64,000 nucleotides of DNA from NCBI GenBank assembly GCA_951406725.2, contig OX597814.1, forward strand, positions 46,624,001-46,688,000, given 5' to 3'. Under the pieces are notes generated by a model that was given only the letters and a program-made list of their open reading frames with translations, was not told where the DNA came from and ran no database searches. This DNA is from Octopus vulgaris (Eukaryota). The translations under genes and the position numbers were made by a program. Positions 36,900 to 50,372 of this stretch are shown one piece after another. Each line of letters starts with the position of its first letter. The stretch's first letter is position 1.

Positions 36900-37470
36900 A
36901 ACAGTCATAAAGAGATAAAGGTGCAGAGTCGTGTTAGTGGATAGTGTGAAGCATGGAATATTTTATGGATGAAGTGTCCTTACAACTAATAACTGATGCA
37001 AAAATTTTCCAATGTTTCAACAGTTTTGAACATGTGGATATGTTTCTGAAAGACATGGGTATTGTGCTATTTTTTGAGTTTATAAGCATGTCCATAAGTG
37101 GTAAAGGTATTGAATTCAAAAACCGGCGGCGAGCTGGCAGAAACGTTAGCACACCGGGCGAAATGCTTTGCAGTATTTCATCTGCGGCTACATTCTGAGT
37201 TCAAATTCCGCCGAGGTCGACTTTGCCTTTCATCCTTTCAGGGTCGATTAAATAAGTACCAGTTACGCACTGGGGTTGATATAATCAACTTAATCCGTTT
37301 GTCTGTCCTTGTTTGTCCCCTCTGTGTTTAGCCCCTTGTGGGCAGTAAAGAAATAGGTATTGAATTCAAAATGAGGTCCAAGTTTTTAGGAAATATGGTG
37401 GATAATTTTGTGGGCTTTTATCAAGTCTGCTGATAGACACTGAAACTTTAGTTTTAAAATTATCTCTATA
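36900..37470 (-). mobile_element. CR1/L2-like LINE 3' remnant interrupted by a SINE
   Basis: Minus frame ADLIKAHKIIH...TYGHAYKLKK resembles the CR1 C-terminus (GDLI..YKI..TRGH.YKL). Confidence 0.55.
37125..37354 (+). mobile_element. Family B Nin/Deu-domain SINE with 17-bp TSD aggtattgaattcaaaa
   Basis: TSD at 37105-37121 and 37355-37371; B box GAGTTCAAATTCC. Confidence 0.9.
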
Positions 37471-37751
37471 GATATTCTATAGAAACTAGAGCCAGCACTG
37501 ATTTATTACGATGTTTCATATACAAATACATCCATGTAAACAATGCAATAGAAGATAGAAAAAAAGATAATGGCTGTATATGCATATATCAGGAGTTCTT
37601 GCTTCTTCTTCACTGCATTCAACCTGTTAACCATCCATGAATACATTGCTTAAACAGCCACCAAATATAGTGGTGTAACATCATTGGTTATTCTTATTTT
37701 ACATACTAAACACATTCCCAGAGAAGTATTGTGACAAAGTATTCATCTGGT

Positions 37752-38127
37752 TACTCTTTTACTTGTTTCAGTCATTTGACTGCGGCCATGCTGGAGCACC
37801 ACCCCTAGTCGAGCAAATCGACCCCGGGACTTATTCTTTGTAAGCCCAGTACTTATTCTATCGGTCTCTTTTGCTGAACTGCTAAGTGACGGGGACATAA
37901 ACACACCAGCATCGGTTGTCAAGCAATGCTAGGAGGACAAACACACACACACATACATATATACGACAGGCTTCTTTCAGTTTGCGTCTACCAAATCCAC
38001 TCACAAGGCATTGGTCGGCCCAGGGCTATAGCAGAAGACACTTGCCCAAGATGCCACGCAGTGGGACTGAACCCGGAACCATGTGGTTGGTTAGCAAGCT
38101 ACTTACCACACAGCCACTCCTGCGCCT
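37752..38127 (-). mobile_element. tRNA-headed SINE, family C (internal (TG)n); partial copies near 2050-2190, 3490-3650, 42185-42610 and 56530-56680
   Basis: Minus strand reads TGGCTGTGTGGTAAG..GGTTCAGTCCC; 3' end ccagcatggccgcagtcaaatgactgaaacaagtaaaa. Confidence 0.8.
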
Positions 38128-38289
38128 GGTTGCACATCTCTGGACAGTTTCCTGTAGATCAATATTCTAAGCGAGATGGGAGTTCCAGGCTGGAAATGCA
38201 AACTAAGTGTGGACATGTTATGGCCATAAATAGCTGATGTGTGACTGATGGAGGTATAACTAAGTGATGCTAAGATATGTTTGGCCTTT

Positions 38290-40645
38290 TTGACTATTTT
38301 TAAAGTGTGTTTGTGCATGTGTAGGTGTGTGGATGTGGGGCTGGTAAGTGGTCAGTGCTAGTGTGTGCGTGGTGGTGTGATGTAGTGTGTGGTATGGTGG
38401 TGTATGGTGTAGTGGTGTTTGATGTGTTGTGATGGTGTTGAGAGGTGGGGGATGTGAGAGTAGGGAAAGCAAGGGTGGGGAGTGGGTTAAGCTGAGGGTG
38501 GGGTATGTGGGAGTGGGTGTAAGGGATGTGGTGGGGTTGGATTGTGTATGGGTGGGGTGGGGGTTATGAGGGAAGGATGATGATGAACAGGGAAGGGAGA
38601 AGGTGGCTAGGAGTGAAGAGAAGAAAGAAGGAGAGTAGGAGTTGGTGTAAGAGAGGAGAGGTGGGTGAGAGGAAGAGGTATGAGGGGAGAGGGGAGGAGG
38701 TTAGATGAAGCAGGTAAGAGAGTTGAGCCCATGTGGTGCAAAGGAGTGAAGAGAAGATTAATCTCTATTCATGGCGCAAATGTGAGTCTGGATGGCCCCT
38801 GTGCAAGGACAGTCCGAACACAGACAGTTGTTGCAAAGAGTGACTGGTAGAGCGGAAAGGGCATGAGACCATGGTGTCATTGCCGAGTCAGTTGTCTTAG
38901 AGGTGTTTCGCAAACCGGTCAGCCAAGCAGTGTACCATTTGCCCGATGTATAGAGAAGGGCAGAGAGAGCAGGAGATGTAATAGATGACATTGGTAGAAG
39001 TGCAGGTGAAGGAGTCAGTGATGTGATAGGGTTGATGATGGGTGCCAGTGAGGAGGGTGGTGTTGAAGAGGTAAGGGCAAGTGTGGAAGCATGAGCGGAA
39101 ATAGGGGAACGAGCCAGGTTGGGAGGTTAGGTTAGGGAAGAAGCTGTGGACCAAGAGGTCTTGTAGGTTGTGGGCTTGTTTGAAGGAGGGGTCGGACTGG
39201 AATCGCTGGAAAGCTCGGAGAATGGTGCATTGGTGAGGGGAGACGGCGGGGCAGGTGCAGGGGAGAGAGTAGATGCACGGTCCACAGAATATGCTCTGGC
39301 AAGGGTGGTGTGGATAGTGTCAATGGTGTGTATTTTAGAGAGATTAGAGCGAATGGTGGCACACATGAGACGGTAAGATGTAGTATGGAGTATGGGTAAG
39401 ATGTGGAGAGTGGGGTGGAAATGGAGGCAGAAACCCTTAGGGATGAGGTGGTGATGCAAGCAGCGACTGAGAAATGAAATGTGACTACAGAAACGAGTTT
39501 CTTTGAAAATTAGTAGGGAAAGGTTAATAGAAGGCTGAAAGCAGTGGAGAGGAGTGTGCAAAGGTTGTGTTTTAGATGGTGGTGGAGGTGGAGGATGAAA
39601 GGTTTGTAATCGGGTATGATTGTAAAACGAGAAGAGAAGAGAAAGAAAGGAGAAAAAGGGGGTTGGAGAAAATAAATAAAGACAGGAGGAAAAATTCAAA
39701 AGGTGTGGGGAGAAAAATGTAAAAGGTGTGAGGAGAAAAAGATATATATGAGAGGTGGGAGAAGAAAAGAAAAACAGGGAAAGAAAGGACGAAGACGGAA
39801 GAAACACAGAGAAAAGGGGAGAAGAGGAGAAGAAAGGGAGGGAGAGAGAGGCAAGGTAACAGGTGCGGATTAGAGAAAACAGAGTAAGAACAACCAGAGT
39901 AGGAAGAAATGACAATAGGAAAAAGCAGTAAGTACAAAAGTTTAGAAAGTATAAAAAAGTTATGAAAAGTTCAGAAGCTTCCAACATTGTGGTGTACTGG
40001 AGCGATTTTTCATCAACAGAGGAGTCCACTGTAATCCATGGGCAGGAGAGGTGTAACTGAAGTGTAGAAAGTCCAGATAGAGAATCTGTAAAAGTTTGTT
40101 GGGTGATGAGAGGAGACAGGATCAACTGGTGCGACCACGTGAGCATGTAATATACGGGGAGAATTCACAAAAAAACAAGAGATAAAGACAGGTGGTGTAG
40201 ACAACAAACAGATGTATTACTTTAACACTTGGAAAGTGAAGACGTCTTAACATTTCGAGTGTACACTCTTCCACAGAAAGAAACAAGGAGAGAAAATAAA
40301 GAATGTGTAGTGGCTAGTGATCTATCATGGTGAATGCCAGACAGAGGGGTCACACAGGAGAGCTCGTAAGAAAGGGAGATAATAAAGTAGTGGTGATCAC
40401 AAAATGAAGGTGCGCATGCATGTGTATAAGAGAGTATGTATGTGCATATGGAAGAGGGCTGGTGACCTTGACGTGTGTGTATGTGCAGGTATGTGGATGT
40501 GGGGCTGAGAAGTGTTCAGTGCTAGTGTGTGTGGTTGTGTGGTGTGATGTGATGTGGTGTTGTGGTCTGGTGTGATGGGGTTGGGAGGTGGGGGATGTGA
40601 GAGTGGGAAAAGCAAGGGTGGGGTATATGGGAAGAGAAGTAGGAG
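38290..40645 (-). mobile_element. Penelope-like element, internally deleted (N-terminal ORF plus GIY-YIG, no RT), with direct terminal repeats
   Basis: FLSRCLHHHLIPKGF N-terminal motif; SFTCTSTNVIYYISCSLCPSLYIGQ...LADRFAKH GIY-YIG; 38310-38480 repeated at 40480-40625. Confidence 0.82.
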
Positions 40646-40789
40646 ATATGTATATATATATATATGTCATATATATATATATCATATATGTATATATATC
40701 ATATATATATATATATATATATATCATATGTATATCATATATATATGTATATATATATCATATGTATATGTATATGTATAAATGTCATA

Positions 40790-40826
<37 letters not shown>

Positions 40827-40872
40827 CATATGTATATGTATATATATCATAAGTATATGTATAAATGTCATA

Positions 40873-40922
<50 letters not shown>
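40646..40922. repeat. Compound (AT)n microsatellite (continues at 41303-41490 and 41875-41958)
   Basis: Direct reading. Confidence 0.95.
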
Positions 40923-40925
<3 letters not shown>

Positions 40926-41302
40926 ATATATAAACGGCAGTTTGTCTGTGCGTTTTCTGTGTGTCTGTTTTCTCGTACCCTCACTCTGACCACGGCTTTC
41001 AACCGATTCTGATGAAACTTGACACACACATAGCCCAATGTCATAATTCAAAACTAACGCAGCGAAAATTTTGAAAAGTTCCCCCAGTTCTGAAAAAAAT
41101 CGATAAATTCGACATGGGGTCGAGAATCAGAAACCCAAACCACAGACCGTCTAGGGGACGCAACACCACCTTTTTTAACTCTCAAAAAAAATTTACCATC
41201 ATTTTTTCCCCATTTTTTTGCTATTTTTTGGCTATAACTCTCTAAAAATGCTTTATAGTTATTTCCCTTACAAACCTGAGCAACGCCGGGCGATACTGCT
41301 AG
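40923..41302 (+). mobile_element. Helitron-like MITE, copy 1 of a tandem pair in (AT)n
   Basis: TC...GAGCAACGCCGGGCGATACTGCTAG|T. Confidence 0.82.
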
Positions 41303-41374
41303 TATATATATATATATATCATATATGTATATCATAAGTGTATATATAAATATATATTTACATATGTATAAATG

Positions 41375-41410
<36 letters not shown>

Positions 41411-41490
41411 ATATATATATATATATCATATATGTATATCATAAGTGTATATATAAATATATATATATACATATGTATAAATGTTATATA

Positions 41491-41874
41491 TCTCTCTCTA
41501 TATAAACGGCAGTTTGTCTGTGTGTGTGTCTGTGTGTCTGTTAGGTTGTACCCTCACCCTGACCACGGCTTTCAACCGATTCTGATGAAACTTGATACAC
41601 ACATAGCCCAATGTCATAATTCAAAACTAACGCAGCGAAAATTTTGAAAAGTTCTCCCAGTTCTGAAAAAAATCGATAAATTCGACATGGGGTCGAGAAT
41701 CAGAAACACAAACCAAAGACTGTCTAGGGGACGCAACTCGACCTTTTTAACTCTAAAAAAAAATTTGCCATAATTTTTTTCCCATTTTTTTGCTATTTTT
41801 TGGCTATAACTCTCTAAAAATGCTTTATAGTTATTTCCCTTACAAACCCGAGCAACGCCGGGTGATACTGCTAG
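41491..41874 (+). mobile_element. Helitron-like MITE, copy 2
   Basis: Highly similar to 40923-41302, same termini. Confidence 0.82.
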
Positions 41875-42802
41875 TATATATATATATATGTGTATATATA
41901 TATATATCATATATATGTATATATTATATATACGTATATATATATATCCTATATATACACCTTTTGAGTGTGGTTGTTGCCAGAACCATCTGACTGACCC
42001 TCATGCCAGTGGCACATAAAAAGCACGCACTACACTCTGAGTGGTTGGCGTTAGGAGGGGCATCCAGCAATGGTAACGTTACCAGTTCAGATTGAGCCTG
42101 GTGCAGCCTCTGGTTCACCAGTCCTCAGTCAAACCATCCAACCCATGCCAGCATGGAAAGCAGATGTTAAATGATGATGATGATATGTATGTGTGTGTAT
42201 ATGTTTGTGTGTCTGTGTTTGTTCCCCACAACATCGCTTGACAACCGATGCTGGTGTGTTTATGTCCCCATAACCTAGCGGTTCAGCAAAAGAGACCGAT
42301 AGAGTAAGACCTGGGTTCGATTCACTTGACAGAAGGCACTGCTCCAGTATGGCCGAAGTCAAATGGTTGAAACAAATAAAAGAATATTTTTATATATACT
42401 TATATATGTGTGTGTGTATATGTTTGTACACCCCCCCAATCACTTGGCAACTGATGCTGGTTTACATCCCCGTAACTTACCAGTTTGACAAAAGAGACTG
42501 ACAGAATAAGTTCTAGGCTCACAAAGTGTAAGTCCTGGGGTTGATTTGTTCAACTAAAAGTGGTGCTCCAGCATGGCTGCTGTCAAATGACTGAAACAAA
42601 TAAGAATAAATGAAAAAATATATGCATGTGAGTGTGTGTGTATATATTGTATATTTATAATATATATTTTATTTATATATAGATATATGTGTGTGTGTAT
42701 ATATATATATGTACAATAATAAAAGGGTAAAATTAATTAATTATCAATTTTACCAAGTAGTGTTCAGTATGTAAAAAGACCATTTACGGTATATTTAAAA
42801 CG

Positions 42803-42981
42803 TTACGTTATATAATTAGGGTTCAGTAAAATAATTTACTTTACCACACACCGAACTTTTAGAAGTTGGGGAGACTTTTTTTATAGTAGAGGAAATAGCT
42901 AAAATTTTTTGGCTGCTATTTCTAAAAGTTTGGTGTGTGGTAAAGTAAATTATTTTACTGAACCCTAATTATATAACGTAA
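42803..42981. repeat. 62-bp inverted repeat with 55-nt spacer
   Basis: 42803-42864 vs 42920-42981; the single difference is a G.U pair in plus-strand RNA. Confidence 0.92.
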
Positions 42982-43618
<637 letters not shown>

Positions 43619-44922
43619 TTGTGAGACTTTATGAGAAAATACAAAGATGCAGCGTTGCAGTGGAACTTTTGATCTCAGAAGATACTTGTTTTTCTGAGTT
43701 TATATAGGAATGGAATGAATCACAAATTCCAATAGCCTTGTTTCCCTTATTCTCTATTCCCTCCTCATCCTTCATTTACATGCTTTTCTTTTATCCCTTA
43801 TATTTCTGACTCAAAGGGGCCTTATCTAAATAGTTTGCTATGCTGCATACCACGGATATTGTTGAATGAGTCATAACATGAACTTGCTTGCTATGCAGTT
43901 GATTGTAATCATTTCCCAGGAATTCTTTTACTTGAAGTATTTAACGATTTATTGAGACACCTTATTAAAAATAAGGGAACAAATGTCCATTATTTATTAA
44001 GGATAGACTGGATGCTGCTTATAAGTTGTCCTGATAGTTGCTACAACTGAAGTTGTCTTAGGATTGGGATATTCAACTTCTTAAGAAGGAAGGTAAATAT
44101 TTATTTGAAATCATCATGTATAAAATATTTCATTTATGCCAAATACTTTACTTGTTGATATGATGATGCTTATTGAATCTGTTCTTACAAATTTGCATTT
44201 AATTCCATTTATTTAATTTTGTATTACACTTCTTAAGGGTATTATTTCTGAATGATTGGTTATTTAGCAGTTTTAGATTTCAGAATAGCATAGTTTTCAG
44301 TCTCCTAGCATTTACACTTAAAGACAAAAAAATTCCAATAGGGAAATATATATACTTTTACTGAGCTGCCAGAAATAGCAGCCGAAACTCTCTCAAATCA
44401 CATCCTATCACTTTAAATGAACACATTGCAAAATATAGTCAAGGATATACAAATGGATGGGATGGGATGGGATGGTCACAACTGGAATGACTCCAACAAT
44501 AAGTATACTCAATCTTGGTAACATTAGAACTACATACCAATAATTTAATGTTTTATTTAAAGAAATTTCGTTTAAAAAGATTAATTATAGAATTGTTATT
44601 GTTAATAATACATTATTAATTTTTTATAAATAAATTTATATTAGAAATTATTTATTAATATATTTATATAATATATGATTATTTATAAATATATTTATAA
44701 ATAAATAAATAAAAGATCAAAATTACTGAAATGTTTTTACAGTAACATTTGTTTGTATTTTAATTCCTGATAAATGTTTATCTCCCTATGTTATATAAAA
44801 ACATAACTTTTGTTAATTTTATATTTTATTCTGATTTAAGATAAATTATTATTTTTACAAACAAAGCATCTTTACTAATATATCAGAATTCAATAAATAA
44901 GCAGACTTTGCTTGAAGCTTAA

Positions 44923-45135
44923 CTTTTTTGTTAGCAACTTGAGACCAACCCTAGTTCTATTTCACATTATATAATTTTAAATGATTTAAATTAAGACCTC
45001 TCATCAAAAGTTAATGTTAATTTATGTTCTAAACATCAGTTCCATAATGACAAAGTTATTTTAACAAATTCTTCATTAATTTCAAAATTTATTGAAACAA
45101 AGACAATATATTTTAATAGATATGGTAAAAAATGG
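44923..45135. mobile_element. TTAA-flanked MITE (piggyBac-like); related fragment at about 48860-48990
   Basis: TTAA at both ends, degenerate TIRs; internal sequence recurs inverted near 48.9 kb. Confidence 0.45.
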
Positions 45136-45519
45136 TTAAAAATGAGAATGCAAGACAATATTAGGTTTATTAAAAATATATTTGTTTAAAATATTCAATG
45201 AATGAAATCAATCAAGAGAAGAGAAGATGCACTTTTTTATTTTTAAATCTATCAAAAAAAAAAAAAAATTGCCCTGCATGTGGCTGTATTACAGGACGGT
45301 ACTAAGGACTGTAGGCTAGGGAGCTGGATGAGCTGTTCAGCACAGAAATTGTTATTCATAATAAAATATAGAATACTAGTCAAATTATCAAAGACTTTTA
45401 ACTCAAATTTATGAAAAATTGCATATAGTGCATCAGTATTTATGTGGAGAGGTTACATCATCTCTACACTTTCTTCCCCATTATATAATATCCTCACCTG
45501 ATATATGTCTTATATTATT

Positions 45520-47365
45520 TAATGACTGTGTTACCTTTAAGAAATGCGTGTTACCTAAATGAAAAATGCTCCTAGAAAAATGAAAGGAGTGTTAATGAAC
45601 TTTCCTCCACCCGTCAGTTATTTGTGTTGAATGGATGGCAACAAAACCATAGCAACATCCTAATAGCCAATTTCAGGAACACCACACATCACCACCAGGA
45701 ACACACATTTCATATCCTGGATGGCAACTTTCTTGACCAAAATATTAAGTTATACAGATAATCTGAAAGAAGATGAAGTTGAGATAAGATACTCCTAAAA
45801 TGTATTTTATTTATAAATTTCCCACAGAGTTCAAACCCATGGCTGGAAAACCAAAAAGGCATGGTATAACATTAAATTTAAGTTACATGTTGCAGTATAT
45901 GCCAAGTAACATGACAATAGGGCAGTTGCTTGGTATTTTGGTCTGCCACCACCTAAGAAAATGGTAAGGACTTGGAGGAGACAAAAAAAATCAACTGAAA
46001 ACTACTAGATATAGCAAACACTGTCTTCACAGGGAAATTGAAAGTGGTCTGAATTAGAAGCATTAAAAACATAGGTGTTTGATCCTAGAAACTTTTGCTT
46101 TTCAGTATCCATTAAAATGTACCATTCAAAACTTATAGAAATGGATAGAGATATCAACGATTTTTAGAGTGCCAGTATAATGCAGTTTCAAATTTATAAG
46201 GAAAAATAACCTTTGTATGAGGATTAGAACAAGAATAGCACAGAAATGCCCCACTGAATATGAAGATAAAATCATTAAGGCTTCTCAAGTGTGTGATTAA
46301 AGCAAGAAAAGTCAATTTTGAATTTTCACAGACATGGATGAAATATCATTGTTATTTGATGTATCATCAAACGAGACAGAAGAATCTTTGGATGCTACAT
46401 TTGTGATTAGTTAAAGCATGTGGCCTTGAAAAAATACACTAACACAGTTATATTAGTATGCCACACTGATGGCACAAAACTGTCACTGTTCTTAATTTCT
46501 AAAAGAAACACAATGCCTAAAGAAAGCATATCTAATGACACTTATGTTCATGTCTATCCAAAAAGCTGCATTCATGGGGAAGGAATGAAACTGTTGTTTG
46601 ATCAGGCATTCTAATGGGCTCTTAAAGAAACCTGCCAAATTAGTTTAGGACCAACTGAGCATGGTAAGAGGAATGTTGAAGAATGGAAGATCCAGTTAAT
46701 TATAATTCCTTGAGATTTAACCACTCACTTACAGCTTTTAAGTGTTTCAACTGACAAACCATTTAACCTTTTAGTGTCCGCATTATTCTGTCAAAATTAA
46801 TGCTTCTTCATCTCTATTGTTTTGAATTAATCATGCATTATCTTGTAGCTATGAGATTTTGATGAGGTAGCTGTTAATTTTTTAAACAATATTGTAGGGT
46901 TGGTGTGAGAGACCAGATATGGCTAGCTTGAACATAAAACAAGTAGAATATTTTTGGCCGGATGTGGCCGGTTTAAATGCTAAATAGTTAAAGCATTCAT
47001 TGAGGATGAGTAGAGCATGTGGATGCAGTCTTCAGATTTTGAAGTGATACCAACAGGGTGAAGGAAGAGGCCTTTACTACTTCTTTTTTCATTACAGCCA
47101 AATTTAATTTAATTTTGTTTAGAGGCTTGTGTAAAGTTACATTACATTATATAATTCCATACTTTATTCCAGTATACTCTCATCACATTGTGTTTAAATG
47201 CACTGAACCATACATTTCTGCCCCACTACAAAACCATTATAAAATATCTTTCCATCAGTGTATGATGAAACATAATAATTGTTTCTTATTTCTTCACAAA
47301 ATATCATTGTAAAATAGGGGAGCATCTTATGTGAGGGTGCGCCTTACACATTGACAGATATGATG
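45520..47365 (+). mobile_element. Decayed pogo-family (POGK-type BrkDBD, CENP-B HTH, DDE) DNA transposon
   Basis: YNIKFKLHVAVYAK.HDNRAVAWYFG; MDE..L.FD; TVILVCHTDGTKL..FLI.KR; LQLLSVSTDKPFKAF (~QPLDVSINKPFK); 3' TIR-like ggagcatcttat..gggtgcgccttac. Confidence 0.8.
46767..46987 (+). mobile_element. piggyBac-like MITE with TTAA TSD, nested in the pogo element
   Basis: TTAA at 46763-66 and 46988-91; removing it restores the KPFKAF codons; same family as 55919 and 56241. Confidence 0.85.
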
Positions 47366-47395
47366 TAGGTGTATGTGTGTGTATATATGTATGTT

Positions 47396-47670
47396 GAAGG
47401 CTTAGTGGTTAGGGTGTTGCACTCACGACCATGAGATTGTGAGTTCAATTCCCAGATTGGGCGTTGCGTTGTGTTCTTGAACAAAGCACTTCATTTCACA
47501 ATGCTCTGCGATCATTTCAGCATCTGACATGTAGCACCCAGTTACACCTGTAGAGGTAATGTCGGTTTGATGGAGGAAGTGAACCTTTGATCACTATAAA
47601 CAAATCATCTGTGTGGTTCTTTGGTAAGAAATTGTCAAACCCTCATACGTTGTATAACGATGGGAGAGTC
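47396..47670 (+). mobile_element. tRNA-headed SINE, family A
   Basis: GGCTTAGTGGTTAGGG..GAGTTCAATTCCC plus the shared body. Confidence 0.7.
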
Positions 47671-49034
47671 CTTTGTACATATATGTATATACATGTGTGT
47701 GTGTGTATGTATATATATTTATATAAGAATGACTGGAGAGATTAGATACTCTTGGATGCCTATTGCATGAAAATTAGTAATAAATTAGGCAGTAGCATAC
47801 ATGATAGAGTATGCCAAAACATTTTCAGCTGATTAAAATTTCTTACTTACTCACCAAGTATGTAAGGATCCACTACTATTTTCCTTATATATGTCTACAT
47901 TTTTTCTATTATTTATTGAGAAAGTTACAAACATTTAAGCATAAGACAAAACTTATGCACATTTTTTAAAAAGAGACTGTTTTTATCAAAAGGCTTTAAA
48001 AGTAAAAGGATGTAAAAAATAAACTATAAAAATACTATAAAACGAAATTGAGAACATCTTCCTTTAGCAGTTCAAAAACATCTAAAGTAAATTAAATTTA
48101 AAACCAAAAGATTAAGCATCTAAAGTAATTTATCAAATGACTATGTCTAAAGATATATACTTAATTAGTTATCCTTTCCTTTAACATGAATGCTTCATTC
48201 ACTTAATTAATTGGATAAAATTATGATAAAAAGTCCTAAAGTAATAAAATATTTTTCTATGAATAGAAAGAAAAATTATCCTGATATTACCTCATCTTTT
48301 AGATATGACTATTGCTGAAGAGAAGATGAGGAAAGTGGAGATGAGGAGTTGATATACAAAACCTTTTAGTTCCAACTACGACTCATCGATTTATGACATC
48401 ATGAGTTGTGGCCCCACCATTCTATTTGTTATTAGTTTCATCATTATATTTCTTACATTGATTGAAAAGCACACAACACATACGGCTACTGTGAATCATC
48501 AGCTGACTTTTTAATACCCTACCCATTTAAAGTTTGTGTTCAAAGACTATAGCTATGCCATTTTGGTTTTTTATTCATTTTTATCAAAGAAGTTACAGAC
48601 ACTTATGCTCAAGACAAAACATATAAAATCTTTTTTTTTTAAAAAAAGGTTGATTTTTACCAAAAAGCTATGAAAGTAAAGAGAACATAAAAGAAATAAA
48701 CCAAAAAAAATACGATGAAAGAAAATCAAGAATATCTTTATTTAGTAGTTCAAAAATGTGAAGTACATTAAAGCTAAAACTAAAAGACTGAACATCTTAA
48801 GCAGCATTTTAAGAGAAACAAACTCAATTAAATACACAACCTTTCCTTTTCAAGATTAAAGCATTAACTTTTTTGTTATATTTCTGTTGAAATACAGTTT
48901 CAGTTAATTTTCAAGATAATGAAGAATTTAGTAAAATAACTTTGTTATTATTAAGTTGGTGTTTGGAATATAAACGAACATGAAGGAGCAGTCTCAGACA
49001 GGTTGATATCAATGGAGGTTATATGAAATAAATG

Positions 49035-49462
49035 TAAAATACACCAATCCAACCGTACGACAGGCACCCATGCCAACCCCCTCTGCTTGCGAAGACATGT
49101 TGGGGCAAGCGAAATCGAAATCGAATTGAACCAGCCAGGATCCCTGATCTGGTGGTACATAAAAAGCACTATCCGACTCGTGGCTGATGCCAGCGCCGCC
49201 TCGACTGGCTTCCGTGCCGGTGGCACATAAAATACACCAATCCGACCGTGGCCGTTGCCAGCCTCGCCTGGCACCTGTGCAGGTGGCACGTAAAAAGCAC
49301 CCACTACACTCACGGAGTGGTTGGCGTTAGGAAGGGCATCCAGCTGTAGAAACATTGCCAGATAAGACTGGAGCCTGGTGCAGCCTTCTGGCTTCCCAGA
49401 TCTCCGGTCGAACCGTCCAACCCATGCTAGCATGGAGAACAGACGTTAAACGATGATGATGA
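49035..49462 (+). mobile_element. RTE 3'-UTR-derived fragment (young, CpG-rich)
   Basis: Tandem units plus the RTE tail ending in (GAT)n. Confidence 0.8.
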
Positions 49463-50243
49463 TAAGTTTATCGTTTCAAAATTTTTTGAAAAAATATTGT
49501 ATTTAGAGAACTGGAGTTAAATCAAAATCCAAAATTTACTAACACCTTGTTCTTAGAAACAGTATTGCTTCTACCAGATTCTCTTTCATAGAAACCTTTC
49601 TGAAATTGGTAATTTTAATGCATTATGTCACAATTTACATTTAATCAGTCAGTAGATTGCAGACACTGTATTGCTAACATAGCAGATTTGGCAGTTATGA
49701 ATTTCATTATCTTTTAAACCTAAATGAATAATATTTAATGAGAATTTCCTATCCAAGTATATAAAAAGTTAGGCTACTACCAACTATCAACAACCACAGC
49801 TAAGTGTCCTCCATCAATTCATTTTTCTAAGTTATATATAATCTGGTACAGAAATTAAAACTATAATACACAACTAAATTACAAAAAGCATGCAATAACA
49901 ACAAATAACGAAAAAATATGGTAAGTGTATGATTTAGATTACCATATTTGATTGCATAAAAGATGCTCTTCCTTTTCCAAAAAGTTGCCCCAAAAAATCA
50001 TCCTAGGTCCTATATGCAAAGTTGGGTCCCATAAGCTTTAATGCACTTAAAACTTTTTCTCCTGAAATTGTGATGTATCTTTGATGCTATCAAATATGGT
50101 AATTTGCTTTTCTTTTTTGGAAAATGTTCAACTTTTATTTTTTCTATTTTAAAACTCAAATTTGCTTTTGTGATTTTTTTTCATTTTTCAAATTTAATAG
50201 CAATCAACTGTTCCATATATCTTGCGGCAACTTTTGGTGGCTG

Positions 50244-50372
50244 ATGTCTCATATTGATACAGGTGATATCATCAATGGATCCAAAGGCCAGAGATGGAAG
50301 TTGCTACAACAGCTGGGGCTAGGAAAATGCTGCAATGTTTATAAAGCCATTCTTCTAGATGGAGATTGTCAG
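50244..50372 (+). CDS. UHMK1: UHMK1-like exon (MSHIDTGDIINGSKGQRWKLLQQLGLGKCCNVYKAILLDGDCQ); probable acceptor at 50200/50201; start codon uncertain
   Basis: Kinase subdomain I; donor CAG|gtacc; phase 0. Confidence 0.8.

Noticed and set aside
39127-40146. 339-aa ORF, the longest in the window
   Set aside because: Mostly pyrimidine-rich low-complexity Penelope leader; only the FLSRC..LIPKG part is element protein. Not a host gene.
48303-48367. Frame YDYC-TGA-REDEESGDEELIYKTF suggesting selenocysteine
   Set aside because: No SECIS identified, no selenoprotein similarity, and another frame is open without a UGA.
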